Origin: Guillardia theta CCMP2712
Taxonomy: Eukaryota; Protista; Cryptophyta
Length of the DNA: 64,000 bases
Reading direction: 5' to 3'
Assembly: GCF_000315625.1 (NCBI RefSeq)
Contig: NW_005434638.1
Location: forward strand, 334,440 to 398,439
In this document: piece after piece, positions 26,199 through 39,085 of the stretch
Layout of the letters: each line of letters opens with the position of its first letter
Numbering within the stretch: the stretch's first letter is position 1
Notes under the pieces: model-generated
Databases searched by the model: none
The model's input: the letters and a program-made list of their open reading frames with translations, nothing else
Told to the model about the DNA's origin: nothing
Program-made: the position numbers and the translations under genes

Positions 26199-28379
26199 TC
26201 AGATGCCCTCGCGCTCCAGGTGCTTCACGAACGCACTAGAACTTGAGAACCCGAGGGCTTCGATGCCCTTCATACCGATGCCTGACAACATCGTTAGCTC
26301 CCGAGCAACTTGAACCAACACGAGACCTTTCGCTTCATCCTCCGCGCGCACAACCTTAGGATCCTCGCGCTTGGCCGAGAGCAGGACCTTGTTCTGCCAT
26401 GCTGTCTCAGACGCCAATGTCGATCATTCGAGCCTTGACTTACCGCAGGAGGAAGACGAGGAGCGGAGAGTTTCATTCCATGCTTCTGCTCCCATTCAAG
26501 CGACTCTTGCTCCTGCCGGACGTGAGAGACGAAGAGCATGGAGGAGGAGACCTTGGAGCTCAAAGCTCTCTTGGTAGGTGCATCCCCTCGTTGAGCTCCA
26601 TGGCTCGACGTTGGAGCGGCTGACGAGACCTGCACATGATGACGTCAGACCTCCTAGCCAGCGCCAGGAGGACGCGCTACCGGTCGAAGGCCTTCGGTCG
26701 ACTCCCACTTGGCGTCACGTTTCAGCCCTTCGTGGACGATGTCGTGAATCTCATCCTTGACCAACCTGACCAGAGATCAGCACAACAGCACCTTCACAAC
26801 TTCACCCTCCCCTCAAAGCTCCTTCTCCTCCTTCACCCTCCCTCACCACTTTCCCTCCCTCTCTTTCCCCTCTGCTTACTTGATCGGAATCAGAGCTAAG
26901 CCGTCCACGCGGGCCTCATTCTCCAACATCTTGATTGATTGCTCCTTCTTGAGCTCATTCTGAGAGCTTGATTTCAAATCAGACTTTGAAACTTTGAAGT
27001 CAGCAAGATGATTTCGAGCTGATCCTGAAATTTTCGTTCAGTGGCACCAAGATCTCAGCAGGGGCAACATACTTGGCTGTTGTGCTTCCTGCTGCTTCGG
27101 CTTCAGACTGAGCGACATGATGGAGGCGCGCGACCCTCTGAGAGCATCGATCGGCTTGATGCCATGCTCGAGATACCACTTGACCACCTGTCAAGTTCAT
27201 AGCCGTCAGCTAGCCTACATGCCTTGAGAGCAAGCAAGACATCACAGGGTCCGTGCTTGCTTCTGCATCGCGTTTCCACGTCTTCAAAGTTGTTCGCTCA
27301 GACTTGTGCAGGTTGTTGAGATGGCTCGCTCGCTTGGCGGCGGCAAGCTTGTGCAGCTCCTCCTGACACAACTTGTTAAGCAGCATAGTAAGCAGTCAGC
27401 CCTCTCCCACCTTGGCCTGCTTGACCTTCTCCTCTGCCTTCTCCTCCTCCATCTTGACTTTTGCAACTTTCACATGAACGTCGGCAGGTGGATGCGACAG
27501 AGCAGGAACAGAGTGCGAGGTGCGAGTCTGAGGTCGTGGAGTTGGAGGAGCAGCCTTCTTCAAGCTTTTCTCCTGGGCATTCACGTGGTTGAGCGACTGC
27601 TGTTGTACCTTCGACTCTTCAGCTGCAAGCAGGACAAGACTTAGCGCCATCATGTGCCGTGAAGCGAAAGCAACCACCTTTGAGACGCATGCAATAGTCA
27701 ACGCTGTGATAGAAGAAGCAGTCCGCATCGTAGGTGCCCCCGACCTGTCCCATGTCACACACAACTTCGAGAGCTCAGAGATCACGTACTGATGGCTTTG
27801 CTGTGGATGCTGATCCTGAGCCCTTCAAGGACTGCTCTCGTCGCGCGCAGTAGCTAGCAGGGTGCTTGTAATAGCAATCTACACCACTGCAGATGATTCA
27901 GCACAGCATTAACTTTGTAGCAAGAAATGAAGTCACGTGGCAGGATGACCACTCTTCTCTCCCTGAAACAGTTTTCCCGTCTGCAGGTATCTGATCGCCC
28001 ACTTCGACTGCTCGCTGACTTCGGGCGAATGATCCTGCTGGTAAAGCTTTCAAGAGTGGCCTCTCGAGTGCGCTGGAGATCGCACACCTTGGCAGCCGGC
28101 GAGGATGACGAGTCAGCATGCGAGTTTGAGTTGGGAAACGTGAGAATGTTTGCATATGACTCGAGCTCTGCGCTGGCTGACGGCTTCTGCAGTACAGTGT
28201 GACAAAGGCAGGCCATGGACATGGAAGCGGCTTACCACCATCCCATCCCCCCCAAAGATGTAAAGCACACTTCTGGAGCTTGTCGACTCATCTCCTCCTC
28301 TTATTGTCGTCAGCAAAAGCGCCATAGATAGCGCTAGTGCCGCCATCGCAGCGGCTGCTGACCGCCCAAGACCTGCCAT
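26199..28379 (-). CDS. Hypothetical protein with N-terminal signal/anchor (many short exons; could be two genes)
   Basis: The start MAGLGRSAAAAMAALALSMALLLTT is a hydrophobic leader. Several GT-AG-bounded coding-like exons run down to ...KHLEREGI* at 26199. No recognised domain. Confidence 0.4.
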
Positions 28380-28690
28380 GGCGCCGAACCCTCTATTTCC
28401 GGACGAGCGCAGAAATGGGATTGTGAGGGGATGAGGGGTCATCAGATGAGGATGAGGGCGATGAGCTGGAGACTTCAACTTCCTACCCTACCCCCTTTTA
28501 GGTCCGTGACTCCACCCCTACCCCATCCCCTGCCAGGAAACACAAGTTGATCACCCCACCTATCTCATTCCCTGATGACAATTGATCTGGGTACGGGTAC
28601 TTGACTACTCAAATGTACCCCTGTGGGTGCCTTCACCATCGTTTCAAGGCACCCCCCCCTTATGTCCACCCCACCCCATCCCTGCAGGAC

Positions 28691-28813
28691 CACATCACTG
28701 GCCGCCTGCCATGCAGGAGGTTCTGCTCAGCTTCGGCCCCGCCACCTACCGCCTCCACCTCGACACGGAGCAGCCAGCCGCCTTGTTCCACACGTGAGAG
28801 GAGGAGGAGGAGG

Positions 28814-28849
<36 letters not shown>

Positions 28850-30277
28850 ATAGGGCGTCGATGATGGGCAAGAGTTGCTGGTAGTGCTGTTACAGATGAT
28901 GCAGGAAGGGTGAAGGTTGGTGAGGGAGAGCAGGTGGTGGAGGGTTCTCTAGCTTCTGAGAAGTAGAAGAGAAGCTCAGCAGCGCATACAATCAGGTGAT
29001 CACCTCAGCTCTCAGTCGTGCGGATGAGAAGGCCAGGGTACCGTAAGAACAGTGCTGGGAAACAATGGTGCTGGAGTGTTTTACCTCCAGGTGCACGAGG
29101 AGCTAGCTTGTAGATGTAGTGCAAGATCTGCCAGCTATCTGTGTTAGTTCGAACGTCATGGGCTGATCAGATCGACAAAGAATGAGTCACACTGAATGAC
29201 GTCGCCATTGAAGTCAGGTGTACCTGGCGACTGGCGTGCATCCAAAGAGGCAGAAGGTGATCGGGTTCAAGGGGCCCGGAGGTCCCATCGCTCCTCTCCT
29301 CCCCGATGGAGATCTGACCAAGATGGGCATCCATGATGGGATGAAGCTGAGCCTGACCATGTAAGGAGGGGGGAGCTTCCCCTGATGCCGTTTCCTCACG
29401 AGGGTTGGGTTCAGGTTGCCTGTGGGGCAGGAGATTGAGCCGACGCAGACATCTCCTCACCCTGTGGATAGGATCGGAAAGAAAATCATGGTGATGGGGC
29501 AGCGGGTTGATGCGATCGAGAGGATCGTCTCGTTCCATGGGGAGGTGGTCGAGGTCATGCAGAAGCTGCACAAGCTCGCTCTCTACCTTGCTGAAGATGG
29601 GATGAAGGTTGGTTGTAGATGTTGATGTTGGTGATGGTTATACCAATGATGATGATGAATGAATGATGAATGGGTGATGTTGATATTGCCATCAACTTTG
29701 TCGTCGTCATCTCCATCGAAGCACATTAGTGTTCTGGGCCTAGATATTTGCGTGATCAATTTTGATTGTTGTTTGCTGCTCTTGCTCTTGCTCTTGCTCT
29801 TGCTCTTGCTCTTGCCCTTGCCCTTGCTCTTGTCGTTCCTCGCCCTCCCTTCTCACTCTGCTGGATGCGATCAGCTGATGTTGTCTGTCGACGAGCTCAA
29901 CGGGGATGAGAACATTCGCATGGCGAGAAAGGGACTCGTGAAGAGCATGAACCACATCCTTGACAGGTCAATCTCTCTTACCTATTTCTCTCCTTCCTCT
30001 CCTTGCTCGTCCCTACCTCCTCCTCTTTCTCTCCCTTCACCCTTTCCTCTCCTTCCCCTTCTTTGTCTACTGCCTCTTTCTCTCCTCCCCTCTCCTTCGT
30101 CTCTCCCCTCTCCTCTCTCCTCTCTCTCCTATCCTCTCTCTCCGCTCTCTCTTCTCTCTCCCTGCGCTGCATTCTTTGCCCTGCCTTACTAGACTGCTTT
30201 CTGACCTGGATGTGATCAGATTGGAAAAGCTCAAGACGGAGCTCAACGTCCCTTCCCTTCAGAACGAGAGCTCCTGA
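28691..30277 (+). CDS. BAG-family co-chaperone (ubiquitin-like + BAG domain), BAG1-like
   Basis: UBL-like MQEVLLSFGPATYRLHL...TGVHPKRQKVIG...DLTKMGIHDGMKLSL. BAG helices LMLSVDELNGDENIRMARKGLVKSMNHILDR / LEKLK. Confidence 0.7.
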
Positions 30278-30555
30278 CCCCCATGCACTGGCGAGTGAGA
30301 TGTGCATGGACGTGCTTTCGGATGGAGCCGGCGCAGCGAAGGCCCGGGGCCCGGAGGCCCGGCCAGTCCTACAGCCGAAGACTGAGCCGAAGACTGAAGA
30401 AGTGAATTGAGACGGACTGACGTTTCATTCATGTAGATTATGCGCTTACATGTAAGATCCTGTGAATAAGATGTCCTCAAAGTAGACCGAACGAGCGACA
30501 GAGAGTTCTTGGGATGATCCTCCTTCACTGATATCTTACTGTCCTCTCCTCTCCT

Positions 30556-32423
30556 TCACTTCCTCTGGACGATGGAGGGCAGCGCATGATGCGGGTGTGC
30601 GAAGAAGGGTAAGTTCTTGCTCAGGTCAATGACCGGCAGCTGGCCGAACCTCATGTAGTGCGGCTCGAAACCTACGTGGAACCAGTTAGCTCAAACTCAA
30701 CTCATGCTGGCCCTCCTCCTGCCCCATCTCTCCCTCCCTCCCTCCCTTCCCTCCCTCCCTTCCCTCCCTCCCTTCCCTCCCTCCCTTTCTCGCTTCCCTC
30801 CTTTCTTCCTTCCCTCCTCCCTCTCCCCCTTCTTTCCTGCACCTTTCCTTCCTCCTTTCTTTCCTCTTCCCCCCTCCTTCCCTTTCCCTTCCTGCCAGCC
30901 ATCTCCCAAACCGCTCACAAGCGGCACGAAGAGGCAGGGCTGCTCGCTTACCTGCCGCATCCTGCGGGTGCGAGACCAAGTGAGGCTGGGCCGAGTGGAC
31001 GTGCGCCAAGTGCCTCGCTGCTCCTGCACCTCCGACCGGCTCGTCGGGCGCGTATGTGAGGGGACGGGAGTGCGACAGGGCTGACTCGGGCCGAGGAGGG
31101 ACGTCGCGCGGGGCTGCGCGAGGACGGAAGTGGGGGATTCCGTCCGGGTCCACGGAGGACACAACCTTTTCGGAAGCCAAGGCCCTGAGCAAATGGTTCC
31201 CGTCCAAGCTCTTGTACTTGACCTCCTCCCTGGACGGTTGCTGGGCAGCAGGAGGCGGCATCTTCGATTTGCTTTCCTCCTCCTCCTGCCGTTGGATCCT
31301 CCAGTTCACCCGGTCAGCGAAGTACTGGCTGGGCTTGCCACTGTCGGAGGGAGCAGACCTGCGCGCATGGGTTTCATCCTCCCCCAGCTGACATTCAGCT
31401 CACCTTGCACTCGTCACCACGTGATGCCCCTGTGCCGGCACCACGTGATGCCCCTGTGCCCTGAGCTGGACCTCCTGCACGGCCTGGATGGGAACGTCGT
31501 AGAGCCTCTGCTGGACGGCAGCTCCGCTCTGCGGAGCTCTTGTACTGGAAGATGGAGGAAGAGACCTGGGGCAGGGAATGAGCTACGGCACCCTCGCTCC
31601 TCCTCTTACATCCCAATCTCCATGCTCGCGCTCATGTACGGCCGCGCGTCCATGCTCGCGCTCATGGACGGGACTCGCTCGCCATGCATCGCTTGGGGAG
31701 GCAGGACGGGCGACCGGCTGGTAGGAGGATGCGAGAAGATGTTGGAGCCGCTGATCCGGAGGCTGCCCTGGTCCAGCTGGGGGACAAGGGCGGGTACGCT
31801 CCTTCTGCTGTCTGGCTTGACCAGAGCAGGAGGAGGCGAGGCGACCTTGAGAATGGGCTGCGCTGGAGGAGAGGGGAGAGCTCTGTCCTTGCCCGCTAGT
31901 TCAGCTGCCGTTATATCAGAAAGCACGAACATCGCAAGGAGCAGCGCCCGCCACCTCGCCATCCCGTCCGGTGCTGGCACAACTCCTCGTGGCTCGCTAC
32001 TGTGTTGTAGTCCCCGGAGAACCCGCAGCCGAAGTCGCAGCGGAACAAGAGGGCGTTGTCCTTGTTCTCCTCCGCTGCCGAGGGGGCGGGGGCCGGGGGA
32101 GCAGGAAGGTGCTGGTCATGATGGTTCGCATGTCTGGCCGACCCCTCAAAGGCGATGTCGACTCTGTGAGGAACGGCCTGGTCCTCGCTCGCCCCCGCCC
32201 CCTCCCTGCCCTGTTGTGCTGCTGGGAATCGAAACTCCTGCTGGGGGAGTCAGCGTTACTCTGTTTCTCCTGCTCCGATACCGTGGGAGTGCTGGCAGGA
32301 GGCGACAAGGTCTCTTCGGCCTCGGGGACGCTCTCCACAGGAGCGGACGGGGAGGAGAAGCCTGACGGGAGTATGGCAGCTTTGGACCTGACCTCCTCCT
32401 CCTTCTTCTGCCTCCCTTGTCAG

Positions 32424-32457
<34 letters not shown>

Positions 32458-33141
32458 CGAAGGTGGTGATGAGGGGGGGGGGGGGGGGGGGAGGCAGCGA
32501 GGTAGCAGCTGGAGGGTTCAGACCTTGGGGATCTTTGAATGAGAGGGAGAGCTTCGAGAGCTTCTGGAGATTGTCGGCGAGAACGACTGGGAGTGCTGCG
32601 AGATCGAGTGTGAACGAGGGAAGTCTCGAAATTCCTTCGTCCTACCGTCACTGGAGCCCTCAACAGCTTCACCACTCTCTCCACGTCGTCTTTCATGCTT
32701 CGAATCAACAGCTCCACCGCTGTCCCTTCAAGACCTGCGCCGTCGTCATGCCATGCTAGCGGGCTCTACCGTGACCGACCCAGAATCAGTTTGCTGACGT
32801 CCTTGGAGTCACTTCCTTCCAAGCTGAAACCGTCCACCGCTAGGATGATGTCGCCGGGAAACAAGATCGCCTTGGATGGGCCGTGCCTGTGCAGGACCAG
32901 GCTGAACGGGAGCGGAAGGCACTCAGAGGCAGCAAGGGACTCACTCGGCAGCCTGCGTGACGATGAACTGTCTTGATGTCTTGTCATGCCTGCCATGGCG
33001 ATCAGACATGGCGGCAGTCGGTCGCAGAGGTCACTTGAAAGTTATCCCGATCCCCACAAAGTCTTCCAGCCCTTCCTTCTTGAGCGCTGCGTTGGCAGCG
33101 ACAATCTTGGACTTCTTGTCGCTTAGAGGACGGATATCCAT
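30556..33141 (-). CDS. PDZ-domain protein with long low-complexity C-terminal region
   Basis: Spliced PDZ FVGIGITFK / RQFIVTQ / GPSKAILFPGDIILAVDG...VSKLILG / EGTAVELLIR. The terminal exon ...LPSIVQRK* ends at 30556. Confidence 0.65.
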
Positions 33142-33361
33142 AGCTAGCGACCTCTCCTCTCCTTAAATCCTGGTTCATCAGCACAAGGAACACACTGGCA
33201 GCCTGCTGAGAATCTTCCTGCATCATTTCCTCTAGTCCCACGTCCTCTCCCCCGGTCTCTCCCTTCCACTCCCGACCCCAATCCCTCGCTCCTTTATCCT
33301 CTTCGAATCTCCTCCCTCGCACATAAGGGTCCGAGGCTCCCCGGTGTCCTCCCTACTCCCT

Positions 33362-33500
33362 CCCTCTTCTCTCTCCCTCTCTCCTCTTCTCTCTCCCTCC
33401 CTCTCTCCTCTTCTCTCTCCCTCCCTCTCTCCTCTTCTCTCTCCCTCCCTCTCTCCTCTTCTCCCTCTCTTCCTCTCTCCTCTTCTCCCTCCCTCCCTCT
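33362..33500 (+). repeat. About 24-bp CT-rich minisatellite between divergent genes
   Basis: Unit ctctcctcttctctctccctccct is repeated about 5 times. Confidence 0.8.
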
Positions 33501-33650
33501 CCTCCTTGATTGTTCGGCGTCCCTTCTACACATTGACAAGCTCCGAGGGCTTGACAGCTGTGCATGTACATCATAGCCCTCCCCCTCATCCCCACACACA
33601 CCCTATTTCCTAAAAAGTAAAAACCAGAGTAAAACCAGAGCAACGAGCCC

Positions 33651-35699
33651 ATGGTGCCATGGCTGCTCAGCGACATCTTGATAGTCGCGGGGGCAGCGAC
33701 TGCCGTAGCCTGGCATGGCAGAGGTGAGGAGGAGGAGGAGGAGGAAGAGGAAGAGGAGGAGGAGGAGGAGGAAGAGCTCAAAAATGGCCAACTTCCGCTA
33801 GAGCGGGTGCACGAGAGAAGGAGAGGAGGTCGATGAGGTCGGAACAGATGGAGGAGCGCGGTGTTTGGAGGTGGTTGGTGGGATTCAGGGGAGGAGAAGG
33901 AAGAGAGAAGGAGTTCTACTTGTTCTATCCCTCTCGATTTGCTAGTGGTGCCTGCTGAGATGCCATGGTAGGGATGCTTCTCGTGTTCAAGACTCGTTCG
34001 GGGCCGTTCAATCAGATGTAAGCAGGAATCTTCTTTGTGATCGTTGCCGTTTACGTCTTGCTCCATTCAGGTGGTTTCCGAGGATGTGGATTTTGTTTCT
34101 CTTCCTGCTATGGACTGTGAGCGATGTTGCCTGCTGCTTTCTTGTTGCTGATGCTGTTCAAGTTTTCCTTTGGCCTCTGTATGTCGCAGGTTCAGGCATT
34201 GCTGCCGGGGAGCGCAGCAGAGGCATGTCAAGCCTTCTCCTTTGTCAAAGATGGAGTTCTTGAGCCATGGACTTGCATCCTCCTGGTCCTGCTGCTCAAG
34301 ATACAATGGCCAGGTGTAGAGTGAGGTCGCGAGGCAATGCTTATGGGGGAGCAGGGACGGTTGTGATCGCGCTCCAGTGGATGAGGGGGCAGCTGCAGGG
34401 CTCCTTCAGTAGTGCCCTCAAGCAGTTCGATGCGTCGACAGTTCACTTGTCTCCTGCAGCGACGGTGAAGAAGAGAAGCAGAGGAGGAAGAAGAGGGGGG
34501 GGCGGAAGACGGGAGGGGAGGGAGAGGAGGGGAGGGAGGGGAGGGGAGGGGCGGAGGACTGACTGAAGGCATGCTGCAGATGTGGCTTTCAATGCTGCTG
34601 CTTGTCCCCTCGATCGCCTTCCATGTCACCTGGTGGCCCTTTTCCTCCTCCTGACGCTCTTGAGCCTCATCGGATGCTCCTCAGGTACAAGTTCAGCCTC
34701 TCGGGATCTGCGTGGGACCCGATGGCAGTGACCTACTCCAGCCCATGTGAGAGCAGGTGAAGAGCTGGGGACGAGTCGAGGGCTGCTTGTCAACGTACCG
34801 TAGGCTCGGCCACCTGCTGGGGTTTCTTTCTACGACCTCTGCGCCATCTTCTTCTTGCAGGTAGCCTTCCCCTCCTCAGCTCGCTCCTGCCTCACCCGAG
34901 CACGCAGCTCTATGCTACGAGACTGGCCGGCATGGCCATCAACAGGAAGATCAGAAGCAGGCTCTTCATGTGAGGCTTCTACCCCAGCTACGATCTAGCT
35001 GACGTCCACATGCTCAGGATGAAGTGGGTGATCTCGAGCTTGCTCCTGCTGCAGCTCCTTCTGCGGTACGTCTCGCTGCTCCACAGAGCGATCATGGGAG
35101 GCGACCTGGCGCAGTGGAAGAAGGAGATCATCTTCATCTGCTACTTCTGGACAGTGGTATGCTCCCTCCTCTCCTCAGCTCGTTCTCCTCCCCTCCTCCT
35201 TCAGCTCCCTCTCCTCAGCTGGGCTCGTTCTCCTCCCCTCCTCCTTCAGCTCCCTCCTCTCCTTAGCTCGTTCTCCTCCCCTCCTCCTTAAGCTCCCTCC
35301 TCTCCTCAGCTCGTTCTCCTCCCCTCCTCCTTCAGCTCCCTCCTTTCTTCAGCTCGTTCTCCTCCCCTCCTCCTCCGTATCTTCCCGTCCGCTTCTCGCT
35401 CATCTTCCCTGTCTCTCCCTCCTCTCCCTCCTCTGCGTTGTCGTCCCTGGTTCTCCTATCCCGACTGTTGATGAGCATGTGCTCAGGTCGTGTTCGGCAT
35501 GTCGTCCTCGTGGCTCCTCGTCTTCAGGCCCGTGCTGCAGTCCAGGTCTCTATCGATGCCCCGCAAGGAGAAGAAGGAGGAGGTGAAGGAGGCCAAGACA
35601 GCGAGCTCCTCGCAAGGGAGTCGAGGGCATGCCGACACGACTCTCCTGTACCATATGCCCTTGACAGACATAGTGGAGGGTGGCGGGAAGACGGAGTGA
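33651..35699 (+). CDS. Hypothetical multi-pass membrane protein (many exons)
   Basis: Successive hydrophobic exons: MVPWLLSDILIVAGA, WTCILLVLLLKI, MWLSMLLLVPSIAF, WVISSLLLLQLLLRYV, IIFICYFWTV and VVFGMSSSWLLVFRP. A charged tail ends at TGA 35699. Confidence 0.5.
35163..35375 (+). repeat. About 42-45-bp minisatellite in an intron
   Basis: Unit cagctcgttctcctcccctcctccttcagctccctcctctc is repeated about 5 times with variation. Confidence 0.8.
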
Positions 35700-35936
35700 G
35701 GAAGGGGCAAATGAAAGAAGGGGCGATGAGCGAGGAGGAGGACGTGTACAATATTGCTATGTGTGTAATTGTGTATAGTTTCGTATATTGCATCTCTTGG
35801 AAAAACAGAAGGCAATCTGATCCAGCAATGTGTGCAAATCTTCAAGTGGTGCAGTCCGGAAGGGCGAGAGGACGAGGTTGAAGGAGGAGGGAAAGGAGGA
35901 GGGGGGAGTGCGTTGAAGCGGGGGAAGTGGCAGACT

Positions 35937-38138
35937 TCATTCGTCAAGTGTCTCCATGTAGGGTGAGAAGTAAGATCTGCAAGTTCAAGTAAGCTGAGAG
36001 CGAACGGGCAACTCACGCACGTTTGGCTGAGAAGCGAACGGACGGGGCCGAGGCCAGCGATGAGGACAGGGAAGAAAACGCCGATAGCCTGTGAAGAAGT
36101 GAGTGGGGGGAGAGGAGGAGGACGAGAGAAAATTGGGTGGAGGTTGGAACGGAAGGGAAAGAGGGTGGAGAAGGCGGGGATGGGTTGCAGAAAGTGGGAT
36201 CGGGGGAGGAGAAGGGGGAGGGGGGAGGGGAGGAAAGTAAAGTGGAGGGGGAGGGGGGAGGGGAGGAGAGGGGAGGGGNNNNNNNNNNNNNNNNNNNNNN
36301 NNNNNNNNNNNNNNNNNNNNNNNNNNNNNNNNNNNNNNNNNNNNNNNNNNNNNNNNNNNNNNNNNNNNNNNNNNNNNNTGAGAACAAAATCCCATTCATG
36401 AAGGCACCTGTAAACACCACACCGGAAAATAATCCGTTAAAATCTGTAGGGAGTAGGAAATCGAGGGGAGGGGGAGGAAGACAGGATAACAACCGATTCC
36501 TTCACGAGGAACATGCTGGCAAGGCAAGCCATCTGGATGAGAGTGAAGGAAGACAACTAGGGGGGAAACGTCAGAGAGCTCCCGTCACCCGAGCACGAAC
36601 TCACCACTGTGCTGGGGATCAGCTTGTCCTTCCATAGGAACTTGTTGTCGTTCACCCTCTCAGAGATGAGCAGCTTCATTCGCTCCCACATGTCAACCCC
36701 GCCCAGCGAGGAGGCGCCGAGGTACATGAAGAGGCCTGCAGACGGTGAGAGGGCGACCATGGCGGAGGCCTTCGCTACCTGTCATGACGCACTTGGGGAC
36801 TGTTGCCAGGGTAGGACGGAGGAAGAGGATGGAGAGAGCGATGAGGAGGTGGATAAGAAAGCCAGTGACCCTCTGCTCCAGCACTCCTTGCACGTTGGTC
36901 GTTCCGCTCTGGTAGACGGTGTTGGCCCGCACGTGCGCCAACGAACGGACGGTGGCAGCGACGAGCCAAGGGAACCCGATGACGGAGCAGCCTCCTGTGA
37001 GGAGAGCGATGATGAGCAGGTCGAGGTCGTAGCCGTGCCCCTTCTTTAGCTTGTGCTTGTCCGAGTTGACGAGCCTGACCGTGATGTTCTGATCCATAAA
37101 GAGCAGGATGGTCGCCATGAACGCGGGGACGGCGGACGCGAATCGGGCCCAGAGAGGAAGTTCCATCAAGTCGATGAGCCATGGACGTCCGCTGGTGGTG
37201 GAAAGAGCAGCAGGAACATCGAGGCCGCTCAAGCTGATACCGAAGTTGGACTTGAACTGCATGCCGATAAACCATGCAAGCGCAACGCCGATGGTGGGAG
37301 CGAAGTTGGAAATCGTGTCACGTAGAGACTTGTTGAAGAATTTGGTGGCGCGGAGCTTGGAGAGGGAGGTAGCAGTGAGGAAGGCGGAGGAGGCGAGGAT
37401 CAAGCTCGAGCTTGCGATGTTGAATGCAGCGGGAGTCCGAGCGACGGCAAAGAGCTTCCAAGACTCCTTGACGGCCTCGAAGATGAAGATGAAGGAGATG
37501 AGAAGCGAGAAGATCTCGTCCGTGAACCGCGTGAGCCGGGCGACCACGTTTGAGAAGGAGAAGAAACTTCCCATGAGGAGGAACAAGCTACTCCACAACC
37601 CCGTCCAGGCGTAGAGGGGAAGGAAGGGAAGGCCCATGCTGAGCGAGAACTGATAGAGGACGGCAGTGAAGGCAAGGACAGGCCCCGTGCTCCCGATGAT
37701 AGTCAGAGGCTGCCCAGAGAAAGCTGCGTAGACCATCCCGCAGATCCCCGTGCTCATCAGGTACTCGACGGTACCGATGTTTCCTCCTGTCATGCCGGAC
37801 ATGAGCCCTCCAAACGCCAAGGCAGGGGCGAGACACGCAAAGAAGAGGAAGGCGACGGTCGAGAGCGTCTGCAGCTTCAGCCCGTCCTTGATGTCGCTCC
37901 AGTACAACTTGGACCTCGAGCTCACGTCCTCCCGTAGCCCCTCCCCGAACCCTCTCACTAGAGGCGGAGGAGGAACGTGCGATGCCCGCAAAGCAGCAGC
38001 TCCCGATGCGGATTTTTCTCCTCGAGGAGGCCTCAAGATCAAGAGAGGATGCGAGAGCTGCGAGAGGATCGGAAGACTGATGCTGCCATCAATCAGCAGC
38101 ACAACTGCGAGAAGACGGAGAGCGAACTTCGCCGCCAT
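35937..38138 (-). CDS. SLC4-family (HCO3-/anion) transporter with N-terminal targeting-like leader; last introns span the assembly gap
   Basis: FLFFACLAPALAFGG, FSGQPLTIIGSTGP, TRFTDEIFSLLISFIFI, ILLFMDQNIT...HKLKKGHGYDLDL, PWLVAATVRSLAHV, EQRVTG, GLFMYLG, FTLIQMACL...KES / AIGVFFP. Intron at 36736-36778; stop TGA at 35937. Confidence 0.92.
36279..36378. other. Assembly gap (100 N) inside an SLC4 intron
   Basis: Run of 100 N flanked by a G-rich low-complexity tract. Confidence 0.99.
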
Positions 38139-39085
38139 GCCTGATGAGATCTCAGTCAAACTCTCAGATCATCTTGTTAATACACAACTCTCCAACTCTC
38201 CGGCCTCTTTCTTCCCGCTTCTCAACTCGCTATCATTTCGCTAGCCACGAAATTCTCTGATTCCTCTACTCCAACGGCGATACTCCTCCACTTTCCCTCT
38301 CGCTCTCCTCTCTCCCTCTCTCTCCCTCCCTCTCCATCTCTCTCCCCCTCTCTCCATGTTTCATCTTCACAACCATCAAATTCAACCATTCGATCCATGC
38401 CCGAGTGCATCCCCCTCCCCTTGGATATGAATCTTTCTATTCCTCCACTTACCGTTTCCTCGCCCAACCCCTCTTCCAATCCTCTTCCCTCCTCTCTCCT
38501 TGACCCTTTCCGTCACTCTTTCCCTCTTTGCCCCCTTCTCCCTCTCTTATTCTGCTCTCAGCTCACTGAGTTTCTCCACTTCTCCTCCTCCTCCTCTCTT
38601 CATCGCTCCACAAACTTCCGTCCCCTCCCTGCATTTTTCATTTTCGCGTCACTTTTCTTATTATTTGTTTTAGTGCATTATTTCAAATAATATTTTCAAA
38701 TTTTATTGTTTAAATTGAAAATACATGATAGCAGTTGAACTTGAAACCTTGTGTAAAAAGCGAAATATAAAAAAAGAACAATTTCGTTCCGACCCATCCG
38801 GGCCGCACGGGAGAGGCTCCCCGAAAGATCCGATCATGATCGGCGGCCCGGGACAACCGTGACGCCATGGCCGGACTCCGGCAAGTCACTGACCGTCGGA
38901 CTTTTTAACTTAACTTCGAGTAAAGACTGGCTTCGGTGGAATCGGGCAGGTCCGGCCGCATGATTTTCAACTTTCGGGGGCAGGAGCCAGAGTTTGCTGT
39001 CAGCTTGTCTACCGGGAACGAACCGTATTGTAGCGTTTCAATCGGAACAAATCTCTCAGCTCAGTAAAGCAGTTCAACGGTTCAT

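Noticed and set aside
31130-32365. 411-aa plus-strand ORF
   Set aside because: It is antisense to the PDZ-protein exons, whose minus-strand splice signals are clear; low complexity.
35163-35375. Regularly spaced repeats considered as a CRISPR-like array
   Set aside because: Low-complexity intronic minisatellite with no unique spacers and no cas genes, in a eukaryotic context.
36379-36447. Exon-like hydrophobic segment next to the N gap inside the SLC4 gene
   Set aside because: The flanking exons already join in phase (KES/AIGVFFP) and match the family consensus. The segment is probably intronic or unreliable gap-edge sequence.
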